Positions 1-10,682 of a stretch of DNA of 64,000 nt are shown piece by piece. Location of the stretch: the NCBI GenBank assembly GCA_004431415.1, contig QPMI01000508.1:1-64000 (forward strand), read 5' to 3'. Source of the stretch: Cyanophora paradoxa CCMP329 (Eukaryota > Plantae > Glaucophyta). The notes under the pieces are model-generated. The model ran no database searches and was not told the DNA's origin. It saw only the letters and a list, made by a program, of their open reading frames with translations. Made by a program: the position numbers and the translations under genes. Positions within the stretch are counted from its first letter, which is position 1; every line of letters starts with the position of its first letter.

Positions 1-3000
1 GCGTCTTTGATGTCGACGGAAAGTTAATATACAAATTCGCGGCGGAATCAATTAACAAAAACATCTTTCCCCGCAATATTCACTTTATGATTCACAACAA
101 GCACATCTATATATTCAACGATAACATCAAGTCGCTCGAAATGCGCATGGCAAAGATGGAGGTCGAAGAGCTCGATAATCATGTTCCTAAGTCGAACTCT
201 TCGTTAGCACTCTATAAAATTCCGACGTGTCTTACTCACGATATCTTCGCGCACACATCCAAGGATTTGTTAAAGATCACGCAACTTAAAACTATCGCCC
301 GACGAGCGCAGTTTCATCCGCATTCTGTATACTGGGCGCGAAGGTCTGGAAGGTCTTCTATTTACGTTCCTGAAAATGCGATATGAACCCGCTGTGAAGC
401 TAACACCATCGAAACAGATCGACAGCATCACATTCAAAGCTAATGGCTCGATGTTCTCTATCAAAGATCCACGCACAACAGACCACTTTATTGAGCAAGA
501 TTTCGAAACAGAGGAGTATTATAATAAGGTCTGTGAAATCGGGAAGGGATTCCGCGAGTCGCTTCTAAATGCGACGAATATCTCACATTACAGCCCGAAC
601 ATGCGCGAAATTCTCACGCACTACAAGCGATCCGCACTAAGTGGCTTTTCTATAAGCCGAACCCGAAAGCCACCTACACAGCTGTCGATATGGCGAAGTG
701 CTACCTTCGATACTGAAAGGCATGCAATATCTTCCGAATACAATGTGTTTGATGACTTCGTTCCCTTTAAAGCGGGAAGCGATATTCTCGAATACGCGAT
801 CTACTACGTGCGTGTCGTTGCGTTTGAGAGAGAGCAAGCGACTTTCGCCGACGATGAGGATGTAGATTATGATGCCGCCATGTCTCGCAAGATTGATGGA
901 ATCGAAATTATTCTGGATCGCGCATTTCCGTGAGTGGTCGCTGTTATAATTTCATGACAGGCTACACTCTCTCCATGCATTGGGCGGACGTAAAGGACAA
1001 GATAGAGATTATCGCGGTCGCGGAGCCTTCGCATTTGGTGCCCAATACGTCGATCGCTGAGATGCAAAAAGTGCTGTCAAGCGACATTCAAACCACAGAT
1101 AAGAAGCATATTTTAGTGAAGAGATCGGAATGCTCGGCAAATTCCAAGACTCGCAAACATCCACGAAAATGTTCTACAACCGTGCCGAGGCTGAGAGGTT
1201 CGCCAAGAATGCGGAGGAACATAGAGGTGTTTACTTTCAATCCTAAGATTCGAAACGTGTCAAAGCTCTTAGCGAATTCGAAGGTCACATCTATTTCGTT
1301 AAGATCAGCTCCCACCGCGAGCTCGTTAACGGATTCCTTCCTATCCACTTTCATATTTACGATCGTAACCGTGCTAATATGTTTGCGCAATACAAGCGCC
1401 TGACAGCGCGGGCACAAGGTTGCCGGGATCAGAACGGATTGCCTATATATCGAAGGTTCATGGACAAGTAAGAAAGAGTTTGACCGAAATGCGTTTGAGA
1501 ACATGGGCAAGTTCAGCTATATTCCCGGGAAAAGATGCCTGAGAATGCACTCCGCCCACCACGGGGTGTAACTCTCGAATTTCAGGATCCGAGACACTCA
1601 TTAACCGGTTCTCGCTGAGGGACGAATTTAATCCGGAGTGCTTTAATTGGGTTGCGAAGCTCCATAATCGTATGCTTGTCCTTGCTGACATGCCCGGAAG
1701 TGGAAAGTCGACACTCGGTATTAACTGTTTCGCATCTCAGAATTCGAATTGCTTAGTTATTTGCCCCTATAACAAACAGTGCGCAGAGCTAAGGGACTCC
1801 CTGAAAGTCCGCGGAATCGAGAATATTACCGTTCGTACTTTGTATAATGTTCTCGGGATCCGTGTCTCAAATGATCAGACCTACGAAGAGGCTATGAGCG
1901 AGAAAGACCAGAGGGCGTTCGTCTCCGAGTTCAGTCACATTATGTTCGACGAGATATTCGCGTATTCTGTAAAAGATCTCGCTAAGATTAAGTCGTTTAT
2001 CGATCGCTATCCCGATATCAAATATTTGGCTAATGGCGATACCTATCAGAACGAACCAATTAATGACGAGCTCTCGGTTTCTGATCGCAAGGGCTACTAT
2101 AAGCGCGCTGTGCAGAGCATGTTCCCTAATGTCCTGAGTCTACGCATTAACAAGCGGCACAAGAAGGAGACAGACCGTGAATTAATTCGGGCGATTAAAG
2201 AGGATCTCTTCGAAAACGGACTCGAAGCCTCACAGATTATCTCGAAATACGGGTTGCCGACAATTAATGATCTAAGCGCCATTCCCGACGGCTACTTTGC
2301 ATCGCTTACAGAAACGAAATGACCTTAGCCTATAACAAACTGATGCACGATAGACGAAAAGTAAATATTGCAACCGTAGAGGTCAACGGCATCAAATTCT
2401 ACAAGGGTTTGGAGGTCGTTTGTCGCAGGTATCTACGCATTTCGCGGTCTGAGGGTGAGTCTATTAACGCATACACAAATTACACCTATCGGATCACCAA
2501 AATCACCAAGCAAATGGTCACATTAACTGACGTCTTCGATGGCGTCACGTTCGAGGTTCCGTGCGCGATGTTAGAACATTTTTCTCTCCCTTATGCAGGA
2601 ACAGGTCATTCAACGCAAGGTCTCACACTTGATTCGGGCATTGTCATTTGTGAGGCTACGTTCCGCTATACCACTCGCGAATGGTTCTATACCGCGCTCA
2701 CTCGTAACCGCGATCTGTCTACGGTGCTGATTTATACACCTATTCACAAGTTCCAAGGAAAGAGCGACTACATCGAATATCTGAAAACGAAGATCCGCGG
2801 TTATAAATGCCAGGATCAGCGTGCCGGTCGCGATTTCAACGAGGCGGATTATATTACGCCGGAGTGGATATTAGAGCGCAAGAAGCAACAGAAGGGCGCC
2901 TGTGCGCTCTGTTCCCTTCCGATTCCGATTGAGCCGCAAGATCCGAATTACAGGCTCGTCGTGGATCGCATCAATAATAAGCGCCCACACCTTAAAGACA

Positions 3001-3044
3001 ATTGTCAACTCGCGCATCACGGGTGCAATTGCAGCAAACAATAG
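1..3044 (+). CDS. Divergent family B DNA polymerase - SF1 (Pif1/RecD-like) helicase - HNH-type nuclease fusion, 5'-incomplete and split by several frameshifts
   Basis: Stitching frames gives PolB motif A-like AVDMAKCY(P)SIL (~681-716), IGMLGK (~1124) and GIRTDCLY (~1426-1450). Helicase motifs follow: MPGSGKST, IMFDEIF, NGDTYQ, HSTQG, YTALTR. C-terminal CALC...VDRINNKRPH..DNC..AHHGCN. Confidence 0.8.
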
Positions 3045-3140
3045 TCGGAAAAATTGTCGGGAATTAATTGGGGAGAGGGCAAAAATTGAAAGGTTTGGTA
3101 ACTCCCTCGGTCAGTCAAACAAGCAAGTAAGTCAAGCGAA

Positions 3141-3611
3141 ATGGAACAATTCATTGATTATTTCAAGGCGAACAATGTCACCTACAAGGATGTCACACAC
3201 GTTTTCACTAAGGATTCTCTCAAAGGCTTCCATATGATTTGCGACCTGGCATTGAAAACCCCGAATATTGTTTACATTGGTCAATTGAAGAACACGCCAG
3301 CGTATCAATTGCAAGAGAACGGAATTGCAAAGGGCGAGATCATGATGATGAAAGGCGACAGATGGGCATCAGGCATGCATTTTATCGAAAACTTTGTTAA
3401 AAATTTCCTGAACGGAGCCCAATGCATTGTGTGCTTCGAAAAAGTAGAGCGGGGCTTGGGTTGCAGCAAATGCAACGCGGTAGTGTGTCTTGGTTGTTGG
3501 AAAAGCATTATGGACGCAACTATGATGAGTGCAGGCGGCTTCAAATGCCCCGGGTGCCGCAAACTATACCCTAATACACCCGTGCACATACTGACTAGTG
3601 TCTTGATTTGA
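3141..3611 (+). CDS. RING-finger protein (putative E3 ligase)
   Basis: CIVC-x9-CSKC-x4-CLGC...CPGC at the C-terminus of a 156-aa ORF. Confidence 0.7.
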   Translation: MEQFIDYFKANNVTYKDVTHVFTKDSLKGFHMICDLALKTPNIVYIGQLKNTPAYQLQENGIAKGEIMMMKGDRWASGMHFIENFVKNFLNGAQCIVCFEKVERGLGCSKCNAVVCLGCWKSIMDATMMSAGGFKCPGCRKLYPNTPVHILTSVLI

Positions 3612-3644
3612 AACCGGAAAATATAGATACCATTAATAAAAAGA

Positions 3645-5027
3645 ATGTCGCGGATCGTTAGAAGGGGAGGAGATGAGGAAACGGAGACGACCATGTTACC
3701 TATCGCGGTTCCCGATTACGAAAAAGTCCCCCAAAAAATCACAAAACGCCAAGCAAAATCAAATTTATTAGGAGATGTTCCTTTTAGCATTGCTAACCCG
3801 TCCTCTAAGATCGTGCGACGCATGTATGACCCGAAGACAGGTTTTAAGAACCCATCGGCATTGTACGAAGAGCTGAGAAAAGAGGACAAGAGCCTCACAT
3901 TGAAAGAAGTGCAAGATGTCGCAGCGAAACAAGAATTTATGCAGATCAACAAGAAGCCCCCCGCACCGACCCAAACCGCTTTTATTCCCATCACAGCCCC
4001 GCCGTGGTGCTACCAAGCAGATCTCATCTTTTATCTCTCATATGGCAATTATAATTCCGGCTACATTGCAGTCCTTACTCTCATCGAGATGACAAGCCGA
4101 AAAGCATATGCCAAGAAGTTAAAGAATAAGGAGGGCGCAAGTGTTGCCGCCGCTTTTGCGGAGATGCTCACAGAGCTCCCGGCTCCGATGATTCGATTGG
4201 AGACAGATAACGGTTCGGAATTCATCGCGAAGGAGTTTCAGGAGGTCGTAAAAAATAATGGAATAGAGCACCGCTTTAAACAGGTCGGAGATCACACTTC
4301 GCTGGGAATTATGAATCGCTTTCATTTGACCCTAAAAACGATGATAAACAATTACTGTGTCGCCTATAATACAGTGCGGTTTATGGATAAATTGGACGAC
4401 TTCGTTTTCAATTACAATAACACCATTCACAGAACCATAGGAATGAAACCCGCAGATGTTAGGCTTTCTGATATGGAGCGGATCCGAGCGGCTATTATTT
4501 CAAGGAAGAACACAATCGTAAAGGATATATTCAGCGACTTTAAGCCGGGTCTCCACGTCCGTGTATTATTGCCGAGATCAAAGTTTGATAAAGGAGCAAC
4601 ACAAAGGTATAGCCGAGAGGTCTACAAAATTGCGGGAAGGAGAGGAAACGCGATAGAGGTGCAAGATGCAGCGGGGAACGTAATGCCGAAGCTTTTTAAG
4701 CCGCACGAATTGCAGATCATTACAGAGGTCGAGGCTGTGGTGGAGCCATCAGGCAACGCAATCAAAGCAGCCGAAATAGAAGCCTCCTCTATCCGGCAGG
4801 TTCAAAAAGAAGGTATAGATGTCGCCACAAGTGTTCCGAAAGGGGCTTTATTGGAAGATCGCGCAGAAAAGACAAAGAGGGCGCTGAGGGAGCTCGCTAA
4901 ATTAACGATCGCGGGAACTGAGAAGCTCTCTGAGGTAAACAGTCAGCGGTGGTATAAATCATTCAAGAATCAGAGCGCAAGCTACACAGCCCCTACTACG
5001 CGCATTCTTCGGTCTTCTCGTTCATAA
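3645..5027 (+). CDS. Retroviral-type (RVE) integrase, Polinton-like (copy A)
   Basis: YQADL, LETDNGSEF, GIMNRFHLTLK, YNNTIHRTIGMKP, G.HVRV...FDKG motifs. Confidence 0.9.
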   Translation: MSRIVRRGGDEETETTMLPIAVPDYEKVPQKITKRQAKSNLLGDVPFSIANPSSKIVRRMYDPKTGFKNPSALYEELRKEDKSLTLKEVQDVAAKQEFMQINKKPPAPTQTAFIPITAPPWCYQADLIFYLSYGNYNSGYIAVLTLIEMTSRKAYAKKLKNKEGASVAAAFAEMLTELPAPMIRLETDNGSEFIAKEFQEVVKNNGIEHRFKQVGDHTSLGIMNRFHLTLKTMINNYCVAYNTVRFMDKLDDFVFNYNNTIHRTIGMKPADVRLSDMERIRAAIISRKNTIVKDIFSDFKPGLHVRVLLPRSKFDKGATQRYSREVYKIAGRRGNAIEVQDAAGNVMPKLFKPHELQIITEVEAVVEPSGNAIKAAEIEASSIRQVQKEGIDVATSVPKGALLEDRAEKTKRALRELAKLTIAGTEKLSEVNSQRWYKSFKNQSASYTAPTTRILRSSRS

Positions 5028-5066
5028 CAAACCCCGAAATTATTTTCTCCGGTAAATATAAAAGAG

Positions 5067-5381
5067 ATGGAGGGTGAAAAGCATTTCGTGGATATTCCGT
5101 TTGATAAAAAAGACGTTGCGAAATCCCTCGGTGGAAAGTGGGATCGTGAGAATTCATGCTGGTATGTCACGAAAAAAGATCACTCTCTATGCTCTCAGTT
5201 CAAGACTCTAAGCTATGAGCAAGTGTATCAAAGAAACTTGAAGGTTTACCTCGATATTCCTTATGAATTTAAGGATCAAGCGAAGGCTGAGAAAGCCCGC
5301 TGGGATCCCGTTATGCGATGCTGGTATGTCATGGGTCTCGATCACCCGCTAATGGGCAAGTTTCCGATCAAGGAGCATTAA
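5067..5381 (+). CDS. Tandem DUF5710-like domain protein
   Basis: Two copies of (F/Y)xDIP(F/Y)xxKDxAKxxxxxWDxxxxCWYV. Confidence 0.7.
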   Translation: MEGEKHFVDIPFDKKDVAKSLGGKWDRENSCWYVTKKDHSLCSQFKTLSYEQVYQRNLKVYLDIPYEFKDQAKAEKARWDPVMRCWYVMGLDHPLMGKFPIKEH

Positions 5382-5406
5382 ATATATCTGTCGTTTTTTT
5401 CATTTT

Positions 5407-5799
5407 TTATGAAATTGGGAACCTTTGCTCGACCTGTAAGTCCCACTTTCGCACTTTCAGCCTTTCCTGTATGAGATCGTTAATGTCCTGTGCTATACCC
5501 ATTGTCTTCGCTTCGGCATTTGAGCCGCATGTAAAGATATCGATCGCTAATAGCCCCTGGTCGCTATAAGAGTGAGCTGTGGCATGCGACTCATCTAATA
5601 GAAAGCCAATCGCGAAACCGGGAGGGGAATTAGAGCCATCGAAAATGCATGTGTGCTGGTGCACGATGCGCATATTGCGATCTGTGATATATTGCGATAG
5701 GTTCGCTGTGATCCACTCGGCGCATGCCTCCGGGGACTCGTTGAACGGGTCGGTTATATAGTCGAGCATAACGTGATAGCCGCGGTATTGGGAATCCAT
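5407..5799 (-). CDS. speD: S-adenosylmethionine decarboxylase-like pyruvoyl proenzyme (prokaryotic SpeD type), copy 1
   Basis: GYHVMLD, H..IFDG..SPPGF, LLDESH self-cleavage site, TAHSY, LAIDIFTCG. Confidence 0.85.
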   Translation of the reverse strand: MDSQYRGYHVMLDYITDPFNESPEACAEWITANLSQYITDRNMRIVHQHTCIFDGSNSPPGFAIGFLLDESHATAHSYSDQGLLAIDIFTCGSNAEAKTMGIAQDINDLIQERLKVRKWDLQVEQRFPIS

Positions 5800-6067
5800 T
5801 ATTATTTAAGTCGATATTTTTACCCTGTTCATTTTATCATTTTTCATAGATCATGCATGTTGTTCGCATGTATCTTGCATAGTGGGCGGGGCGCGAGTTT
5901 ATTTTAACGTGGTCTATCGTCGTACTTTGTCGTAAATATGCTAATCGTACATTTCGATTCGTACATTTCGATTGAAGTCGCAAGTTTGTGCAGGTGGGCA
6001 TTTTCGGCATGCTTGCTCATGCACAAACTTGCTTTAAAAAATATTAATCTCATTTTAAAATCATAAA

Positions 6068-6391
6068 TTAGCTCGTCCGAGTCTCACTATAACACTGTCG
6101 GCATTTATAGTAGAGACCATCCTTCGTACTTTGCTTTTTATTATACTCGCTTGCAGGCTTCTCAATCTTGCAATCCGGGCATATCTTCGATTGTACTTCG
6201 ATTTTCGGACGCGTTTTTAAGACATTGTGATAGTGATCATTTTGATAGTCACGGTGGCACTCTATGCATCTCCAATATAATGTTATATTTCCCGACTTGC
6301 ACTTGCGCAAAGGGAACCACGATGCAGGCTTGACCTCTTTGCACACATTGCACAGTTTACTTTTAGGTAAGGGGAGCTGATTACCCGGCAT
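6068..6391 (-). CDS. Small protein with two CxxC..CxxC zinc-binding repeats
   Basis: KLCNVCKEVKP...CIEC and KICPDCKIEKP...CRQC. The ATG at 6391 is preceded by the TAAAG motif seen at other element genes. Confidence 0.65.
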   Translation of the reverse strand: MPGNQLPLPKSKLCNVCKEVKPASWFPLRKCKSGNITLYWRCIECHRDYQNDHYHNVLKTRPKIEVQSKICPDCKIEKPASEYNKKQSTKDGLYYKCRQCYSETRTS

Positions 6392-6779
6392 CTTTATACT
6401 TGTATAGTGGGAAATCTTTAAGTGGGATATACGCACTATATAAGTTAATTTAACCTATCGGTGGGGCTCACCTTGATTTTTCAAATTGGACTACTGAAAA
6501 CAGTTCGACAAGGATCAGGAACATTACGCAAAAAATAGGGTCTTACTGTCCTTACTGAGAGATCGGGGGAAAGTTAAAGGGCTTACTGGGAATGGTAAGG
6601 AATTAGAAAAATGAAGAATGAAAGGGTTTCGTGATTGGTTTCAGTAAGGAAGGGTTAGATGTTTGAAAAATACAATGTGGCTCAGTGCGAATTTGTGATT
6701 TTGTGACTGAGATTCGTGATGCTGAAAATGTGCTTATTGAAAATGGTCGCGGGAAGGTCGCGTAATTGGTGGGGGCCAC

Positions 6780-8698
6780 CCCCATGCGAGCATTGGGCAA
6801 ACTGGAAAGCAACGAAATAGCAGAGTGAAAACCACCATTTTCCACAACAGAGACGATGCGATCGAGTTCCAGAAACAGAACGGAGGGGAGGTTAAAATTT
6901 ACCTCTTTGGTGAGACTCTTGCCACTTATGAGGAGACAGAGTTCGTTCTGTGTGAGGAAGAGATGACCGAACCCCATATCTACTATGTCAATCAGGTAGC
7001 AGAAAAGCAGCTCATTGATGGCTTCATGCCATTGTACACTACCCTCTTGTCAATTATGAGGATGTGTATGTATGAGAAGTGTGTCGAACTCGCTAAACAG
7101 CAGATCCGACCACTCGCTTTGAACACCGATTGTGTTTATGGGATCGCTTATGAACCCATTGCCCCAGTGTCATTCGATCGCAATGCCTTTGAGAATATTG
7201 GAAAATTCAGTGTGAAATGCTGCCCCAATTTTTCTAAAAAGTTTTCAGGTGAGAAGAAAGACCTCGAGGCAAAACGAATTCGTTACGGAAAGTTTGAGAG
7301 AGCGACTGACTTTGTGAAAATCGAGAACTACAGTTATACCAAACACTCTGTGGTTGATGAGTATGACACAACCGCGATTTGTGATTTGCTGGCTACACAA
7401 AAACGATGGGTTCTTCTCGGATCAGTTCCAGGAGTTGGAAAGACTCACATGACAGTTGAATATGGGAAGCGTTTCAAAAATCCCCTCTATATTGTTCCGA
7501 CCAACAAGCGAGTGAAGGAAATGAAAGAGCAAGGATTGAAAAATGTGAAGACAATCTATGATGCCCTTCATCTCAAAATCGATGAGTCGAACATGGATGA
7601 AATCGTAGGAGGGAATGCATCTGGTTTGGTAGAATTTGATTGCATTGTTATTGATGAGATCTGTCAGTTTAAGATTGGAGAACTGGCAGCCCTGGACCAC
7701 ATCATGAATGAGCAGTTCCCAGATAAGGTATACATTGCCACAGGTGACCCGTATCAGAACCCACCCATTCAGGATATGAGTGTTGATCAAGATGAGTATT
7801 ACCTTGATATCCTCCATCGCCTGTTCCCCAACGAATTGTTACTCCAAGTGAACAAGCGCCATGAGACTGAGGAAGATCGCAGAAAGGTTGAGCAAATTCG
7901 AATTGATTTATTCGAGAAAGGTTTGAGTGTAAGTGAGGTCCTAGCAAAGTACGGGTTCAAGGTTGTGGACGAATTGGCAAAGACAGATAAAGGCATTGTG
8001 TATACAAACCGCAAGGGTGCAGAGGTGAACCTAGCCTTCACAAAATGAACTACGGGGATAATGTTTCCATTTATGCTGGCGGGATCAAAGTTGTTGCAAA
8101 GACTCGTATTGCAAAGGGTGGGAAGATAGTTCATAATGGATTTGTCTACAAGATTGTCAAGCTCTCAAAGGACAGTTTCATTATTGCTGACATTGCCAAC
8201 AAGAAGGATGAGATTGTTCTCAGCAGGGATGCAGTCAAACATTTCGCCCTGGCTTACGCAAACACCTGCCATGTTGTTCAAGGTGATACGATTCGCTGCA
8301 AAGGGAACAGGGTAGTCGTGTTCGAAACTGGGGCGCCATTTGTTTCAAAGAAGTGGCTATATGTTGCTCTCACTCGAACCACAAGGCTGGATGATGTTGT
8401 TATTTACCATGATAATTTCGAAATGGCTCACTGGAAAGTGTGGAAAAGAGAGAATAACGAGAAGATTTCGACTTACAAGGATCAGGACCGAGCAGCAAAC
8501 AGACAATTCGATGAGCATGATTACATCACATGGGATTGGATCAAGCAGCGATATGGGAAGCAGTATGGGCATTGCCTGCGATGCTACAATGCCATGGACT
8601 TTGAAGATATTTCGGTAGATCGAATTAATAATGCTGTGGCTCACATTACCAAAAATTGTTTCCTCTCTCATATTAAGTGTAACTGTGCCGCCCAATAA
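6780..8698 (+). CDS. Second PolB(C-terminal part)-SF1 helicase-HNH fusion, 5'-truncated, frameshift near 8045
   Basis: ALNTDCVY and FDRNAFENIGKFS match copy 1 (GIRTDCLY, FDRNAFENMGKFS). Also VPGVGKT, VIDEIC, TGDPYQ, HVVQG, YVALTR and SVDRINNAVAH..NC..SHIKCN. Confidence 0.8.
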
Positions 8699-9757
8699 TG
8701 GATAGTGTATTATCATTCAAAAGTATAGGCAGAAACTGATTAATGAAAAAGTGAGTTTTGATGAAAAAGAGTTGAAAAAGAAGTTCAAAAACTCAGAACT
8801 CCAGCAAATTTACAAGAAACCAAGGAAACCCAAATCGTTTCTTCGCATAGTGGCAAAGCCTAGATCGTTTCAAATCGATATAACATATTTCAGAGGGTTC
8901 AGACTGCCAACAATGGCATTTTCAAAATGCTTAGTTTCGTAGACATACTTAGTCGCAAAGGATTTGTTTATCCTTTTAAAAACAGCAGTGAGATCCCGAG
9001 CATTTTAAATAGGTTCAAGCAAGAAGCAGGCAAAGTTAATGCTCTCTCTGGGGATAATGAGTTTTCCCAGGCAGTATACCGAAATTGGTGCAGTGAACAT
9101 GGTGTAATGCTATACACAGATGTGGCAAAGGATGACCACATCACAGTAGGAGATAAACTGGGGATAATTGATAGGTTCACTAGGACTTTCAAACAGTATC
9201 TCAGAAAATCGATGACAGCAAAGGGAACCACGAAATGGATCGATCTACTTAGTGATGTAATTGACTTGTATAATAGCAGTCCCCATTCTGCATTGAAAAA
9301 TGACTCTCCAAATGCAGTGTATACAAATGAAGATAAACAGTTATTTATTTACATGAGGGATACTGTTCACAACAATCGTGTAAAGGAGGCTGATACTAAT
9401 CAAGTGAAACCAGGAGACACAGTTCGAGTTTTGCAACCAAAGGGATTGTTTGAAAAAGAAGGTGCGCAATTCAGTCAGAAGGTCTACACTGTTGCAAAGG
9501 CTGATAGGAATCGTTTCAAAGTGCTTGAAGATAATGATGGTGAGGAAACAAAAGAAGTGAAGAGGAGATTTAAGAAACAAGAATTGCAAAAGGTGAATAA
9601 AGATGATATCATTAAGATACCATCACAAAAACGGATTCAGCAGGTTAATAAAACGAATAAAGTGAATCGATTGGTAGCAAAAGAAGGCATAAAACCCAAT
9701 CGGAGTAATGTAATTCGGAGGAGATACAATTTGAGAAGTGGTTTAACGAAACGCTAA
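8698..9757 (+). CDS. RVE integrase (copy B), frameshifted near 8900; start approximate
   Basis: FQIDIT, VDILSRK, LSGDNEF, LGIIDRFTRTFK, YNSSPHSAL, GDTVRV...FEKEG. Confidence 0.85.
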
Positions 9758-9762
9758 ATCAT

Positions 9763-10110
9763 GGGAGACACGGCGGATGAAAAGGATATAACTTCGATTA
9801 AATATAATTAATCGAGATTATGATATAACTTCGATAAATAAGATTTAAGATATAACTTCGATTAATTCGATTTTTGTTACTGAGGCTTACTGAGATTTAG
9901 TGAGATTTGGAATTGGGTTACTGTGAATGGTTTGTTTTTCTTGGGAATTGTTTTGGAGACACGTCGCATAAAAAAGATATAACTTCGATAAGATATAATT
10001 AATCGAGATTATGATATAACTTCGATTAATTCAATGTTTCTTACTGAGGCTTACTGAGATTTACTGATATTCAAGATTGGGTTACTGGGAATGGTTTGTT
10101 TTCTGATTTG
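9763..10110 (+). repeat. Two diverged ~190-bp units with iterated GATATAACTTCGAT and CTTACTG motifs
   Basis: GGAGACACG starts each unit (~9764, ~9955, again ~10139). Five GATATAACTTCGAT copies. Confidence 0.8.
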
Positions 10111-10170
10111 TTTTTGATTTTTTCGCGGGTATTTTTTTGGAGACACGCCTGTGACGCCTGTGACGCCTTT

Positions 10171-10291
10171 TTAATTGAGTGTGACGCCTGTGACGCCTGT
10201 GACGCCTACTTTCAAACTTTTTAAAATTTCAAAAATCTACAAACCTCTGAAAACAGGTGTCACAGGCGTCACAGGCGTCACACCCAATTAA
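10171..10291. repeat. ~120-bp hairpin unit with 37-bp inverted arms of (TGTGACGCC)n; copy 1 of 3
   Basis: 10171-10207 pairs with 10255-10291 with 2 mismatches. Homologues at 25552 and 25843. Confidence 0.9.
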
Positions 10292-10434
10292 CCACAGACT
10301 CCCCCCTGTGGGTCGATGACTTTTTCGATTCTTTATCGGACAATATAAAAACGTATCGTAAATCGGTGTGTTTTGACAAAAATTGACTGGCGATTTAAGG
10401 GATCATTGCGTTTTCCCTTTGACTTTGACAGAAC

Positions 10435-10626
10435 ATGGATTATTTCGACGAAATTCAGCGGCAGCTGGTCGAAAAGAATGATATTGCAGAGGTAGCGGAA
10501 TATATTGCAAAGATCAGAGCCAGTAATGGTAGACCATATCAAAAGAAGCGATTCCATGCAAGCAGACTTGACACAGTAAATGTATATGTCCCCAAAGGCA
10601 CGAATGTGCGAATCATTAGAACCTGA
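10435..10626 (+). CDS. Hypothetical small protein
   Basis: 63-aa ATG ORF just upstream of pPolB; no recognised motif. Confidence 0.4.
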   Translation: MDYFDEIQRQLVEKNDIAEVAEYIAKIRASNGRPYQKKRFHASRLDTVNVYVPKGTNVRIIRT

Positions 10627-10682
10627 AAAATGCGAAATGCGTTCAAATTGCCCAAAAATAATATGTTCCCTTAAAGTAAAAG

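Noticed and set aside
1672-3044. Helitron RepHel
   Set aside because: No HUH Rep motifs were seen. The upstream domain carries PolB-like motifs and the neighbouring gene is an RVE integrase.
2290-8050. Programmed ribosomal frameshift in both helicase genes
   Set aside because: The breaks are at non-equivalent codons and lack slippery heptamers. They fit the single-base-loss pattern seen elsewhere.
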